Shown: positions 1 to 10,370 of the stretch, in pieces
Numbering within the stretch: the first letter of the stretch is position 1
How the letters are laid out: every line of letters begins with the position of its first letter
Origin: Sedimentisphaerales bacterium
GTDB lineage: Bacteria; Planctomycetota; Phycisphaerae; Sedimentisphaerales; SM23-30
Length of the DNA stretch: 64,000 nt
Direction: 5' to 3'
NCBI GenBank assembly: GCA_963663965.2
Contig: CAXXFK010000042.1
Location: 128,001 to 192,000 of the forward strand
Notes under the pieces: model-generated
The model's input: the letters and a program-made list of their open reading frames with translations, nothing else
Database searches by the model: none
What the model was told of the DNA's origin: nothing
Program-made: the position numbers and the translations under genes

Positions 1-2023
1 GTATTTGGGTTAATATGCCATTTTCATCCACCTTAACCGGTAGAAAGGCGGCTCGTTCACGAATGGGTGTGGTATTATCGCTGCCAAAAAACGTGGATAA
101 CAACCGCCCGGTCGAATCGCGGAAAAGAATATTGTGGCCGCCGTGAGGCACAGCGATATATTGCGGGCCGTAGGGTCCCATGAGAGCCTCTGCCGACGCG
201 ACGGCAAAATCGTATCGGCCGGTCTGGACGGATGCCGCGCCCAGATAATACCGGTTATTGATTTGATAGATAAAAGCGCCTTCGAAGCCCACTTCATCGT
301 GATTGGATGGGCGGAGCATCTGCCACTGGCCGACAAAACCATCTAACTGATCGTTCATCTGCCAGATTTTACCATTCTGCCAGATAAAGTAGACGGCGCC
401 ATCATCATCCTGGAACAGAGAGGCATCGATCTGGCTGGTTAACGGTCCATCCGTTTTAACATCCACATAGGGGCCTTGCGGTGATCCGCTGACACTTTTC
501 AGGATACCGGTGCCGCCTTCCCCCGGCCAGTTCATACAATAGGTGAGCCAGTAATTGTCATTAATATAATGCAGTTCCGGCGCCCAGACTGCCCGGTAAC
601 CATTGACCCAGCGTCTGGCCCAGGTCCCTTCTTTTTCGAGACTCCAGATCAACCCATCATTGTCGCCCGGCTGGTCCATTTGTTCCCAGTGGATCAGGTC
701 AGAGGAGCGGTACATGCGAATCCCATCATTTTGGGTCCACCAGACCGGATGGCCGGTGGTGCCGGTGAGATAATACTGACCGTCAGGCCCCAGTAAAATA
801 CAGGTATCCCGCAGGGGGAAATCGAACAGGGGGGCAAATTGAGGCAAATCATAAGCCGTGTGGATAATAGCGCCGCTCTTTTGAGAATTAACCGGTTGGC
901 AGCCGGATTCATTGGGAATGGTGCAGGCCAGCCAGTGTTGAAACAGTCTGGACAGATCTGCCAGGTCAACCCGGCAATCAAAATTCAAGTCCAGGGGGTC
1001 GAATCCCCAGGCGCCGCAGTCCGTTTCCAGAATACTGATGGGCAGTTTGAATATCGTACCAGAAAAGACTGGATCAGTGCTGGTTAGTTTATGATCGATG
1101 GTTGCCTGGTGCGGATTCGATTCCAGAATCGAATCATTCAGGGCACGGATCGTGACGGATTGAGGCAGATTCCAATTGGCCGGATTAAAGGTCAGGGTAG
1201 CCGGTTCGATTTGGAGTTGATCAGGAGTTGAGGCATTTTCCAAGGTGATGATCACCTCATCGGCAGGTGGTTGGAGCAGTTCGATGGAATAGGTGTCTGG
1301 GGAACCCCCTTCTTTTAGTTCCATGTTCTCAGGCAGGATCTTGATGGGAGCGATAGTCTGAAAAAAGCGAACTTCCGAACAACCGACTAATGGGCCAAAT
1401 GGATCGGTATCGGGAGCGCCGTCTCCAGTGACATCGTAGCCATCGTAATTACTGAGGATTTCAATGGCTACCCGTCGCGCGACTGTTGCATCCAGCTTTA
1501 TATTCTGACCGGTGTAGTTGTTATTGCCCGGCGCCGGATTCAGAACGGCATTTTCCAGCAGTAGAGTCCATCCTGTCGAATCGAAGGGCTGGTTACTGTC
1601 GGCGCTGTTATTACCGGCGCTATCGTCGTTACGTAACCACAGGTTATACTGGCGAATACTGCGGGTGGTTTCTGCCCCGCCGCTGCCGGTATGGTTATAA
1701 TTCCATATTTGCATTGATTCAAGCGAATAGGAACCCCCCAGATCGAAAATTAACCAGGCGTGTTCGACAATACCATTGGGATTATACCGGGTATGCCAGG
1801 AATAATTCGAACCTGACTGGCCGTTGATATGGGTGGCTCCGGTATCACCTGCCGGATCATTGAGTCCCGAACCGTTGATAATCAACTCCGGCTGACGATC
1901 GGCAACCCAGCTGCTGGAAGCCATCACCGAATAGTCATTGTGATCGATAACCTGGGCGGCCATGGTTTGATAAATGGCTATCAGGGAGAGAAAAATAAAG
2001 TACCAGTTAGATTGAGTTCGCAT
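1..2023 (-). CDS. Secreted multidomain glycoside hydrolase family 43 protein (3' end runs off the window)
   Basis: Absent from the ORF track because no stop lies inside the window. Translated by hand at several points, all in one frame: ATG 2023 MRTQSNWYFIFLSLIAIYQTMAAQ (signal-like), WLIFDLGGSYSLESMQIWNYN (discoidin-like), DLNFDCRVDLADLSRLFQHWL (dockerin-like), then GH43 motifs VWAPELHYIND, IDASLFQDDDG and FEGAFIY. Confidence 0.8.
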   Translation of the reverse strand, partial: MRTQSNWYFIFLSLIAIYQTMAAQVIDHNDYSVMASSSWVADRQPELIINGSGLNDPAGDTGATHINGQSGSNYSWHTRYNPNGIVEHAWLIFDLGGSYSLESMQIWNYNHTGSGGAETTRSIRQYNLWLRNDDSAGNNSADSNQPFDSTGWTLLLENAVLNPAPGNNNYTGQNIKLDATVARRVAIEILSNYDGYDVTGDGAPDTDPFGPLVGCSEVRFFQTIAPIKILPENMELKEGGSPDTYSIELLQPPADEVIITLENASTPDQLQIEPATLTFNPANWNLPQSVTIRALNDSILESNPHQATIDHKLTSTDPVFSGTIFKLPISILETDCGAWGFDPLDLNFDCRVDLADLSRLFQHWLACTIPNESGCQPVNSQKSGAIIHTAYDLPQFAPLFDFPLRDTCILLGPDGQYYLTGTTGHPVWWTQNDGIRMYRSSDLIHWEQMDQPGDNDGLIWSLEKEGTWARRWVNGYRAVWAPELHYINDNYWLTYCMNWPGEGGTGILKSVSGSPQGPYVDVKTDGPLTSQIDASLFQDDDGAVYFIWQNGKIWQMNDQLDGFVGQWQMLRPSNHDEVGFEGAFIYQINNRYYLGAASVQTGRYDFAVASAEALMGPYGPQYIAVPHGGHNILFRDSTGRLLSTFFGSDNTTPIRERAAFLPVKVDENGILTQI

Positions 2024-2309
2024 GAGGTTCCTCTGAAGAAAAGAATTTATGATGCAGCATTCTGATGTTGTCGATGGGGAGAAGTAAGAAGCGGTCTGTT
2101 TAGAGTCCCAGATCCAATGAATATTTTGCGGCCGGCAGATAAATCATCCGCTTCGAATGCGGGTCCAGACATCCTCGACAACCCTTTGCGAGGTTGCCTG
2201 AGGATGTCTGATCCCTACGGCCATTTATATTTCATTTTTGCCCGGTCTCATATCGAACGTTATTTTACCAGGCACTTTAAGTGACCCGATTCCGGGATTC
2301 GTTTCTGAC

Positions 2310-2340
2310 GAAGGGGTATACCTGAACGGCACACCCCTTC
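2310..2340 (-). terminator. Stem-loop just downstream of the LamG gene (terminator or stabilising hairpin)
   Basis: Minus strand gaaggggtgtgcc-gttca-ggtataccccttc, a 13-bp stem with G-U pairs. No clear U-tract follows. Confidence 0.4.
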
Positions 2341-2364
2341 ACCCAAAAAGTAGAACTGACCGGT

Positions 2365-4374
2365 TTAGTTGATACAATCGGGGACTAAAGCGCAGTCCAG
2401 CCATTGACTCATCATCATGGAAAAATCGTCAAGATCGACTTTGCAGTCGTTATTGACATCCACCGCCGGTTGTATGGACCGCATACAGACGGTCTTACCG
2501 GTGATTGTGGTATAGGCCTGGGCAATCTCCAGTTCGGAAACCGGATAATTGTACAATTTGATTTCGTCAATCTGGCCATCCAGGAAATTGAGTCCAGATT
2601 TGATTTTACCGATGTGGAGCCCATCGGGCGCATCCAGCCGTCCAGCCGGTCCGGTACCGGTGGCTTCCAATTCGCCATCGACGTAGACATTGATCCGGCC
2701 GGATACATGATCACGGGTGGCCACACAATAATGCCATTCATTGTCGTTAACCGCCGAGATCGACGCAAGAGTCATGGATGGACCAATACCCAGGCAGAAA
2801 TGATTATTACTCAAGCTGGCGCCGAAATCATTTTGCAGGCCGGGCATATCGCCATCGACCAGGCCGCTGCCGGTCCACCAGTTGTTGTCGCCACCGGTGG
2901 CTTCCGTTTTCAGCCATAAGGCAATGGAGAAACTATCCTGAATCAAACGCGGGATTTGAACGGCTTCATCGATCCCGTTAAGCACGATGGCCTGACCGGC
3001 GATCCCATCGGTATAGGTGAACGGGGTATTGGGATCGTGTTTGATCGGTGTGCCGTCATTTTCTCCGACTGAGTCAATCAGGTCATTTTCGAATGCGTAC
3101 CAGGCCAGCAGGCGATAAAGCTCAAGATAGGCCACATCTGACTTAACCGGAATTTCACTTTCATTTGTCACTTCACAATAATAAAAGCCCTCATCGGTTA
3201 GCTGGCAGTCGTTGAGTGTCAAAAGATTGGAGCCGGAGGTTAACAGGGTATCATCCTCTGGTGTTTCGTTACTGTTATCCTCAGATCGATACCAGTGATA
3301 AGCTGTGGGCGAAATACTCGTGACTTCGATCGAAAAATCGGCAGTAGCGCCGTTGGCGACCAGTACATCCTGAGGTTGCCGGACAATAACCGGTGAGCTT
3401 TTACGGGTTTCAAAAGACCAGACCGGGCTCTGGACTGTGTTGGGTTCTTCCGGGGTGGATCCATTAATGGCCTGATCGACCCGCCAGTAATAGGTTTGAT
3501 CCATCGTCAGGGTCTGGGGATAAAGCATTCTTTCTGCAGGAGGGGTATCGGCCGGAATAACCACGGGTTCAACCTCGATAAAATTCGGTTCACCGGACGC
3601 CAGATAGAAATAATAAGCGGTGATATCCGGGTTGGGTAAATCATCGGGTCCTTTGCCGGTATCCCAGCCAAACTCCACTTTGACATTGCTGGTTTCGCCA
3701 AGGATTTCTCCAACGGCGATTTCGTCCGGAGACGGGGAGGGATTATGCGCCGCCAATGGAATGTAAGTCAATGTCACATTATCCAGGGTCCAGTCGCCCC
3801 CGGTGCTTCCGACGGTGGTATCCAGCCAGATACCGAATCCGGAGCCGATCGCCGTGGCGGGAATGTCTTCGGCATTTAACGTGGTGGAAAAATTGGTCAG
3901 GGAGGTATTGCTTAAGTCGCTGTAAACGACTTCCGTAACAGCCAGAATCGTCAGAGCGGGTACCCGGGTGAAAAGTCGCAATGCCATTTTGGTATCGGCC
4001 GGGTTCGATGGGGCGGAATCGGACCGGGCGGCGATACCAACGGTCAGGATATAGGTACCGGGCTGAAGTGAGTAGGGCAGGTCGATGTAGATGTTATTTT
4101 TACTGCCGCCTGCTCCTCCGGCATAACAATTCATAAACGCCAGTTGTTTGCCATCGGTGTTGGTGATGAAATTGCCAAATCCTGCAGAATTATTGAAGAC
4201 GCCCGTTGCCCCGGTATCGCCCCAATCTGCGATCGTCATAACGAAACTACTGGTTGCGGGCGCTTCGAATGAATAATTAGGAACTGTCAGGGCAATTCCT
4301 CCCCAGGCTGATGTGACCCAAATGGCTAGAAATCCCAATGTTAATGTAAACGTGACCAGCTTTTTCATTTTCAT
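2365..4374 (-). CDS. Secreted LamG-like jellyroll/Ig-domain protein with C-terminal dockerin-like motif
   Basis: Signal peptide MKMKKLVTFTLTLGFLAIWVTSAWG; Ig segment (QPQDV...DEGFYYCEVTN); LamG motifs WHYCVAT, VYVDG and GQIDEIKLYN; C-terminal DVNNDCKVDLDDFSMMMSQWL. The start may be 4368. Confidence 0.8.
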   Translation of the reverse strand: MKMKKLVTFTLTLGFLAIWVTSAWGGIALTVPNYSFEAPATSSFVMTIADWGDTGATGVFNNSAGFGNFITNTDGKQLAFMNCYAGGAGGSKNNIYIDLPYSLQPGTYILTVGIAARSDSAPSNPADTKMALRLFTRVPALTILAVTEVVYSDLSNTSLTNFSTTLNAEDIPATAIGSGFGIWLDTTVGSTGGDWTLDNVTLTYIPLAAHNPSPSPDEIAVGEILGETSNVKVEFGWDTGKGPDDLPNPDITAYYFYLASGEPNFIEVEPVVIPADTPPAERMLYPQTLTMDQTYYWRVDQAINGSTPEEPNTVQSPVWSFETRKSSPVIVRQPQDVLVANGATADFSIEVTSISPTAYHWYRSEDNSNETPEDDTLLTSGSNLLTLNDCQLTDEGFYYCEVTNESEIPVKSDVAYLELYRLLAWYAFENDLIDSVGENDGTPIKHDPNTPFTYTDGIAGQAIVLNGIDEAVQIPRLIQDSFSIALWLKTEATGGDNNWWTGSGLVDGDMPGLQNDFGASLSNNHFCLGIGPSMTLASISAVNDNEWHYCVATRDHVSGRINVYVDGELEATGTGPAGRLDAPDGLHIGKIKSGLNFLDGQIDEIKLYNYPVSELEIAQAYTTITGKTVCMRSIQPAVDVNNDCKVDLDDFSMMMSQWLDCALVPDCIN

Positions 4375-4444
4375 ACTCCACATCGTAATTTGATAAATAG
4401 TTCTTGGAGCGGACCATCCGCTTGATTTTAATATTTAAACAGCT

Positions 4445-5548
4445 TCAGTCAGGCGTCAGGGGACGGTTGCGTGCTTTGGGCGCCGATTGAAGTGAAGATG
4501 TTTTCAGGTCGACGATTACCGGCCATTTCCCTGATTGACTGCGATAGCCGGTCTGATTTTGTGCCATATGGATGAAGGCAAGCATGTTTTCCAGGGAGGT
4601 ATCGCCCTCAACGGCGTGAGAGGGAGAAAAAATAAGGCCGCCTTTCAGGCCGGCTTGCAATAGTCGGGAGGATGCGGTTTCGACCTCTTGAATGGAGCCG
4701 AACGGCAGGGTCTGCTGCATGGACAGACCGCCGTGAAACGCCAGTTGGCCGCGGTAGCGTTCCAGGAGGGTAAAGACATCCATCACTTCCGGCTGGAATG
4801 GGTTAAAACAGTCCAGCCCGGCTTCGATTAAATCATCGAACAGTTCATCGACATCCCCGCAGCTATGAATAAAAACAAATTTTCCGGCCTGCCGGACTGC
4901 GGCGTACATCCGCTTCAGCTGGGGCAGGATATAGGTTCTCCAGAATGCCGGCCCCATAATCAGGCCGTGCTGCTGGCCCCAGTCATCGCCAAAATATACT
5001 GCGTCGATATCGTATTGGAGCGCTTCTTGCACCTGGGCGATATTGTAATCGGTAATGGCAGTCATCAGGGCGTGGACAAAATCGGGATGATCGATAAAAT
5101 CCATCATCAGATTTTCCATGCCGCGCAGAGACCAGGCGCGTTCAAAAAGGGAAAACCCAATTTCAAACAGGCGGAAACAATCCGGATATTGGGCGATGGA
5201 TGCATTGATATTGGAGAAAAAACGGGGATCCCGCGGATCCGGTAATTGATACGTGGCTAATGTTGGTTCTGATAATACGGTCCCCTGTACGATTCCGATG
5301 TCTTTATCGATGGTACGATCCCAGATAACGCCAAAAACATCCTGGAAATGATTGGGGGAGATTTCTTCGAAGAATCCGATATCACTACCCAACCGGACAA
5401 TATGGTTATCCACCGTGGTTTCAATGTCTTCTGTGCCATAATGAGTTGCCAGCAGTTGATGAGCTTCATGAGTAAACTTAAATGACCAGGGAGTATAGGG
5501 CACAGAGTGGCCTTGTAGAGCAAGTTTTACCAACTGTCGTTTTGTCAT
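4445..5548 (-). CDS. Uroporphyrinogen decarboxylase (URO-D/MtaA-CmuA-like) family protein
   Basis: Motifs LRGMENLMMD, GDDWGQQHGLIMGP, FIHSCGDV, NPFQPE and FSPSHAV are typical of the URO-D-like/methyltransferase superfamily. Confidence 0.85.
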   Translation of the reverse strand: MTKRQLVKLALQGHSVPYTPWSFKFTHEAHQLLATHYGTEDIETTVDNHIVRLGSDIGFFEEISPNHFQDVFGVIWDRTIDKDIGIVQGTVLSEPTLATYQLPDPRDPRFFSNINASIAQYPDCFRLFEIGFSLFERAWSLRGMENLMMDFIDHPDFVHALMTAITDYNIAQVQEALQYDIDAVYFGDDWGQQHGLIMGPAFWRTYILPQLKRMYAAVRQAGKFVFIHSCGDVDELFDDLIEAGLDCFNPFQPEVMDVFTLLERYRGQLAFHGGLSMQQTLPFGSIQEVETASSRLLQAGLKGGLIFSPSHAVEGDTSLENMLAFIHMAQNQTGYRSQSGKWPVIVDLKTSSLQSAPKARNRPLTPD

Positions 5549-5690
5549 TGCGTATCCTGTCTATCCGGTTTCCACGATTGTGGGTAAATTTTTTCAATAT
5601 GAATAAATATACCTCAAAAAAACAGGGCAGTAAATGTACAAAGTTGCAAATATGATGGATATTTATTGGAAATTGTGCTATACTTGAGCC

Positions 5691-6566
5691 ATGAAGTATC
5701 CACTTAAATATATTTTTCAAGAGCAGGCGCAGGAGATTCTGGATGTATTTACCGAGCTTTTCAATATCCGTATCGCTTTTTTTTCCGCGGAAGGTCAGGA
5801 GCTTAAAGTGGGTAAAAGTAAACCGCTTTGCCGGTATTGTTACCTGCTGAGAAATCATCTGGATTATGACCACATCTGTACGTCTCTCGACCAGCAAATG
5901 CGGGAAGCGGCGGTCGAAACCGGGCAGACGATCCATTATCAGTGTCATGGCGGCATGACGGAATCCATTACCCCGGTCTTTATGGATCAGGCGTTGATTG
6001 GTTTTCTGATGATCGGTCAGTTTCGGACCTCGACCAAACCCTTGAACGCGGCGATTCAGCGTAAATGGAAAAAGCAAGTAGGAACCGATGAACTGAGGCT
6101 GGCGTTCGAGAAAACCCCGTATCATTCCATGGCAGATACAAAAAATATTTTGAAACTGTTCAATATTCTGGTGGAATATATACTGTATCGTCACATGATC
6201 GAGCTTTACGGCAGTCATTCGCTCCAGCCGCTGGTGGGTTTTCTACAGGGTCATCTGGAAAAGAATCTGGAACTATCGGAGGGCGCCCGGATTCTCAAGC
6301 AAAGCAAATCCAGCCTGGCGCATAAATTCAAGACGGTAACCGGAAAAAGTTTCAAGCAATACCAGATCGGTCTTAAGCTGGACAAGGCGGATGAATATTT
6401 CCAGAAACAACCGGAGATGACCATCCGGGAGGTGGCGTTCCGGCTGGGTTATCAAGATCCCTATTACTTTTCAAGGCTGTACAAAAAACATCGCGGCCAT
6501 TCACCCCTGACGGCGAAAAAGATTTCCGGTGGCCGGAAGGTAGAAAATGATATAGGATTAGAGTGA
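5691..6566 (+). CDS. AraC-family transcriptional regulator with PocR-type sensory domain
   Basis: N-terminal Cys pattern (CRYC...C...YQCHGGMTE..PV) of the PocR ligand-binding domain; C-terminal AraC HTH (IREVAFRLGYQDPYYFSRLYKK). Confidence 0.9.
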   Translation: MKYPLKYIFQEQAQEILDVFTELFNIRIAFFSAEGQELKVGKSKPLCRYCYLLRNHLDYDHICTSLDQQMREAAVETGQTIHYQCHGGMTESITPVFMDQALIGFLMIGQFRTSTKPLNAAIQRKWKKQVGTDELRLAFEKTPYHSMADTKNILKLFNILVEYILYRHMIELYGSHSLQPLVGFLQGHLEKNLELSEGARILKQSKSSLAHKFKTVTGKSFKQYQIGLKLDKADEYFQKQPEMTIREVAFRLGYQDPYYFSRLYKKHRGHSPLTAKKISGGRKVENDIGLE

Positions 6567-6764
6567 AATGAGATTATTGAGTGGGTGTGTAAAAGTTGAT
6601 GGATCGAATCCAAAACAGGAAGTTATACCCAATGGGTATGAAAATTGCCGGTTGCTCGCAAGCCAGGTTTTTCTCGTAAAAGACTTATATTACGGCCCCA
6701 CGGGCATTATCAATCGTTAATGGAATCATTAAGAAAAATCCGCAAACAGATTTTGCCATGCTGC

Positions 6765-7055
6765 TCAAGGTTGGATCAACTCATATTGAATACTGTAGCG
6801 CGGTTCTGCCATCATATCGGCCACGGTATCGCGCCATTTCAGGTAGTGGGCGGTCAGCTTATGGCGGGCGGGGTCCTCTTCGGTCCGGTATACTTCAACC
6901 AGCAGGAACCGGTGGGGATCATCCTTTTGCTGCTGGAGGTCGAACCGGGCAATGCCTGGTTCGTTGATGCTGTGGCGGGCATTTTCCAGTGAGGCCGATT
7001 TAAAGGCTTCGGTTTGATCGGGTTTGACGTGGATAAAGACATGAACGATTAACAT
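6765..7055 (-). CDS. Antibiotic biosynthesis monooxygenase (ABM)/LsrG-like protein
   Basis: 96 aa with motifs VKP, EPG..RFDL, FLLVEVY and HK.TAHY..WR. Confidence 0.85.
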   Translation of the reverse strand: MLIVHVFIHVKPDQTEAFKSASLENARHSINEPGIARFDLQQQKDDPHRFLLVEVYRTEEDPARHKLTAHYLKWRDTVADMMAEPRYSIQYELIQP

Positions 7056-7110
7056 ACGTATTCCTTTTATTCATTTAGATGTTATGAACCAATTCCTGGT
7101 TTAAGCCGGA

Positions 7111-7689
7111 TCAGGATTTCATGCCCAGACCGATAGCCTCGGCGACCTGGCGCATGCCCAGGATGGTTTCTCTGAACAGATCGGTTAATTCCATACCCAG
7201 CATCTCCGCCCCTTGCTGGATGACTTCGCGGTTGACGCCGGCGGCGAAGGATTTTTCCTTCCATTTTTTCCTGACCGACTTGGGTTCCATATCCAGTACC
7301 GATCCGGAAGGGCGCACCAGCGCGGTGGCGGCGATCAGGCCGGTCAGTTCATCGATGGCGAACAGTGTCTTTTCCAGCAGGGTTACCGGCTCCACGTCCG
7401 AACAGATTCCCCAGCCATGCGAGACAATGGCCCGGATGTATTCTTCCGGCCAGTTGCGAGCGCGTAGAATTTCAGCGGTTTTAGTGCAGTGCTGGTCGGG
7501 AAATTGCTGATAGTCCAGATCATGGACCAGGCCGATGATTCCCCATTTGTCGATATCTTCGCCATTTTTTTCGGCAAAGTATCGCATCACGCCTTCGACG
7601 GCCAGGCCGTGGCGGATCAGGCTTTCATCCGAATTGTATTCCTGTAACAGGGCAAGCGCCTGCTGGCGGGTTGGGATCGGTGCGGTCAT
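7111..7689 (-). CDS. HD-domain (HDIG-type) phosphohydrolase
   Basis: H..AVE..MR, GLVHDLDY, LFAIDELTG and RPS...KSVRKKWKEKSFAAGVNRE. Confidence 0.85.
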   Translation of the reverse strand: MTAPIPTRQQALALLQEYNSDESLIRHGLAVEGVMRYFAEKNGEDIDKWGIIGLVHDLDYQQFPDQHCTKTAEILRARNWPEEYIRAIVSHGWGICSDVEPVTLLEKTLFAIDELTGLIAATALVRPSGSVLDMEPKSVRKKWKEKSFAAGVNREVIQQGAEMLGMELTDLFRETILGMRQVAEAIGLGMKS

Positions 7690-7712
7690 AAGGTTGCTCC
7701 CATATTAGAAAA

Positions 7713-8888
7713 TCAGTCCAGTATTCTGTTAACCGGTTTTAAGTATCCGGTTGCTCCGATTTTTTGTAATTGTGGATCTTGTGGTTTAATTGCTCCGGTA
7801 GAACGCCAACCGGATTCGAAAATCAGATCGGGCTGATAGTGAGGATTTTGCTCAACCGTGGGCAATTGTGGCTTACGCTGTCCCTGGGTATCGTACCAGA
7901 TATTATCGCGAAAGGTAAAAGACTGCGGGTTGGTACCCGGTCCGACATTGGCGAAGTATTGCACCGATTCATCAAAGACAATCAGGTTCTTTTCGAACAG
8001 GCCATCATGACAGGGGCGGAAGCGTTCCTCCTTGGTTTCCTGCAGGATTCTCAGTACCCATTTATCCGGAAGAACAATCGTATTGTGATGGAAGGAGCCG
8101 CCATCGGCGGTGACCCAGGCGACCGGTGTCACTGAGCCGACGAACCGGTTGCCGGCCACAATTATTTTTGATGCTTCATAATGGTCGACTTTGGGGCGGA
8201 AATATGGCAGGCCGGTACTACCGCCCAGATTGATGGCGCGTTCGCCGGTATCGCGAAAGAGATTGCACTGGACCAGGAGTTCTGCCGTGCCGCCTTTCAT
8301 TTGTATGCCGCTGGACTGGGTATGGCCGGATTTCCCGATGAAAGTGCAATCTTCCACCACTCCCTGATGACAACCGACCATATCGATCGCTGATCCGGCC
8401 CAGCCTTCCAAATGGCAATGACGCACGATAAAGAGATCAACACCGGACATCTTCAGGGCATCGTGATTCCCTTGCGGTCCGGTATCAAGAATGGTTACAT
8501 TTTCTATCAGGATATGATGAGCCGGAGTTTCAAAGGTACCGCCATCATCAATATTAATGCCATTGGAAGGAAAGCCAGCGACCTTGATGTTTTTCAAAAC
8601 GATATAGTTGCAGTCGGACAGATGAAGGGCCTGGGTTCCTTCGGTAAATACTGGAGGATTGTTGGGATCGCGTCCGGTGATAATAATGGGCCTGCCGGGT
8701 TGTCCGGAAATTCCGTTGAGAGAATGACCGCCGCGGTATTGGCCGGATTCAATGATAATTTCATCACCGGACTTGACGGTTCGTAAGGCAGATTTCAGCT
8801 CAGAGGTATCCCGTACCTCGATGGAGCGGCCCACAACGGTACCGGCGACTAAAACAGTCAATATTCCTATCATCGCAATCCGGTTCAT
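7713..8888 (-). CDS. Secreted right-handed parallel beta-helix (pectin-lyase-like) protein
   Basis: Signal-like MNRIAMIGILTVLVAG; repeated beta-helix turns (NGINIDDGG, DALKMSG, SAIDMVG, GIQMKGG). Confidence 0.75.
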   Translation of the reverse strand: MNRIAMIGILTVLVAGTVVGRSIEVRDTSELKSALRTVKSGDEIIIESGQYRGGHSLNGISGQPGRPIIITGRDPNNPPVFTEGTQALHLSDCNYIVLKNIKVAGFPSNGINIDDGGTFETPAHHILIENVTILDTGPQGNHDALKMSGVDLFIVRHCHLEGWAGSAIDMVGCHQGVVEDCTFIGKSGHTQSSGIQMKGGTAELLVQCNLFRDTGERAINLGGSTGLPYFRPKVDHYEASKIIVAGNRFVGSVTPVAWVTADGGSFHHNTIVLPDKWVLRILQETKEERFRPCHDGLFEKNLIVFDESVQYFANVGPGTNPQSFTFRDNIWYDTQGQRKPQLPTVEQNPHYQPDLIFESGWRSTGAIKPQDPQLQKIGATGYLKPVNRILD

Positions 8889-9037
8889 AAGCTGCCTTTC
8901 CAAAAAAATGGCGACAATTCCTATCATTTGAATTATCGCCATTTATCTGATAATTTCGAGTAAATTTTTATTCAGAATAGTAAGTAATGCTCTCTAAAAA
9001 AAGGCTTATTATTTCTATCTGTAGGTATAAGGGCGGG

Positions 9038-10348
9038 TTAAGACCCAGTTGTATAATATCTTTCTCGAATAACCGCCGCACTCACAGGTATCAATCTTTC
9101 TTCCAGACTGGCCGCGGCTTGCTGTTCCAGACCAGTCAGATCATCGTTGTCTGAAGTCTGGCTATCGTATAGCATTTCGGGTATGGGCTTGAACAGCAGC
9201 GGCGCGAAATCGCTCAGATATTCCCGCCAGTTGGCCCAGATATGGCCGCCGTCCGATTCATGGTAATAGACTTTAAAATCGTTTTTGCGGAACACATCAA
9301 CGGTTTGGCGGGAAGTTTCCAGCAGGAAGTCATCCCGGCCAGTCGCGAACCACAGGAGTTGCAGGCCTTTTTTCAGTTCGGCGTTCTGTAAGGTCTCGGC
9401 ATAGCGTTCCTGCCATGGGGGGCGATTGGCATTGTTATTGCCAAAGCGTCCCGACAGTTCGAATACCCCGGAACTGAACACGCCGGCATAACCAAACAGG
9501 TCCATGTGATCGACCAGCAGGGACAGGGTCTGGCCGCCGCCCATGGAAAGACCGGCGATGGCGCAGTGCGCCCGGTCGTGGTTGACGCGGTAATGGTCTT
9601 TGACATAGGGCATGATATCCTGAATGAAATCTTGCTGGAATGGATCCGTTGCGGGGCGCGGCTGACCCAAATTCATTGGACCGGTATGGCCCGCGGGCAT
9701 GACGACGATCATGGGCAACGCTTTCCCGGCAGCGATCAGATTGTCCAGAATGAAACCGGCCCGGCCGACGGTTGTCCAGGACGCGTCGCTGTCAGAGGCG
9801 CCATGCAACAGGTAGAAGACCGGATAGCGATCCTGACCGGCTTCGTATCCCGGCGGGGTGTAGATATGCATGCGGCGGAAGCGTTGCAGCGCATTGGAAT
9901 AATAGGTGATCTGGGCCACGGCTCCATGGGGTACCTTTTGGGTGTCCATAAATTCCGCGCCCGGCACATAGACCAGGCTCCAGGTGTTGTTGTTGGATTC
10001 GCTGGTGGCGGGATTGCGCGGATCAATCACCGATACATTATCGACATTAAAATTGTAGCGATAGGCTCCCGACCGGATTGGTCCCAGGGTGATCTTCCAG
10101 ACACCCTGATCCTCTTTGGTCATCTCGCCGCCCTGGCCCAGATTGGGAATGTCGGAACTGCTGAGTTTCACTGTTTGTGCTTTGGGCGCCAGAATACTGA
10201 ACGTGACCTTGCCATCATCAGCGACGACCGGCGATTCCACGCGGGGTCCGGGGGCCCGGCCAAATTGCGCGGTGGCCTGGGTATAAAAGAGTAATACCAA
10301 CCCCAATAATGCTATCAATACCGATGAAAATTGATTTCGATACTTCAT
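9038..10348 (-). CDS. Secreted esterase (CE1/Fes-like alpha/beta hydrolase) with N-terminal CBM48-like domain
   Basis: YTPPGYE...YPVFYLLHG, nucleophile GLSMGG, catalytic GGHIW..WR; signal peptide present. Confidence 0.88.
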   Translation of the reverse strand: MKYRNQFSSVLIALLGLVLLFYTQATAQFGRAPGPRVESPVVADDGKVTFSILAPKAQTVKLSSSDIPNLGQGGEMTKEDQGVWKITLGPIRSGAYRYNFNVDNVSVIDPRNPATSESNNNTWSLVYVPGAEFMDTQKVPHGAVAQITYYSNALQRFRRMHIYTPPGYEAGQDRYPVFYLLHGASDSDASWTTVGRAGFILDNLIAAGKALPMIVVMPAGHTGPMNLGQPRPATDPFQQDFIQDIMPYVKDHYRVNHDRAHCAIAGLSMGGGQTLSLLVDHMDLFGYAGVFSSGVFELSGRFGNNNANRPPWQERYAETLQNAELKKGLQLLWFATGRDDFLLETSRQTVDVFRKNDFKVYYHESDGGHIWANWREYLSDFAPLLFKPIPEMLYDSQTSDNDDLTGLEQQAAASLEERLIPVSAAVIRERYYTTGS

Positions 10349-10370
10349 GCGACAACTCCCTGAAAAAAGA

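Noticed and set aside
4445..5548. Calling this gene hemE
   Set aside because: It lacks the N-terminal W.MRQAGR signature of true uroporphyrinogen decarboxylases; only the superfamily is supported.
5478..6218. 246-aa minus-strand ORF
   Set aside because: Antisense to the well-supported AraC regulator.
9506..10294. 262-aa plus-strand ORF
   Set aside because: Antisense shadow of the esterase gene.
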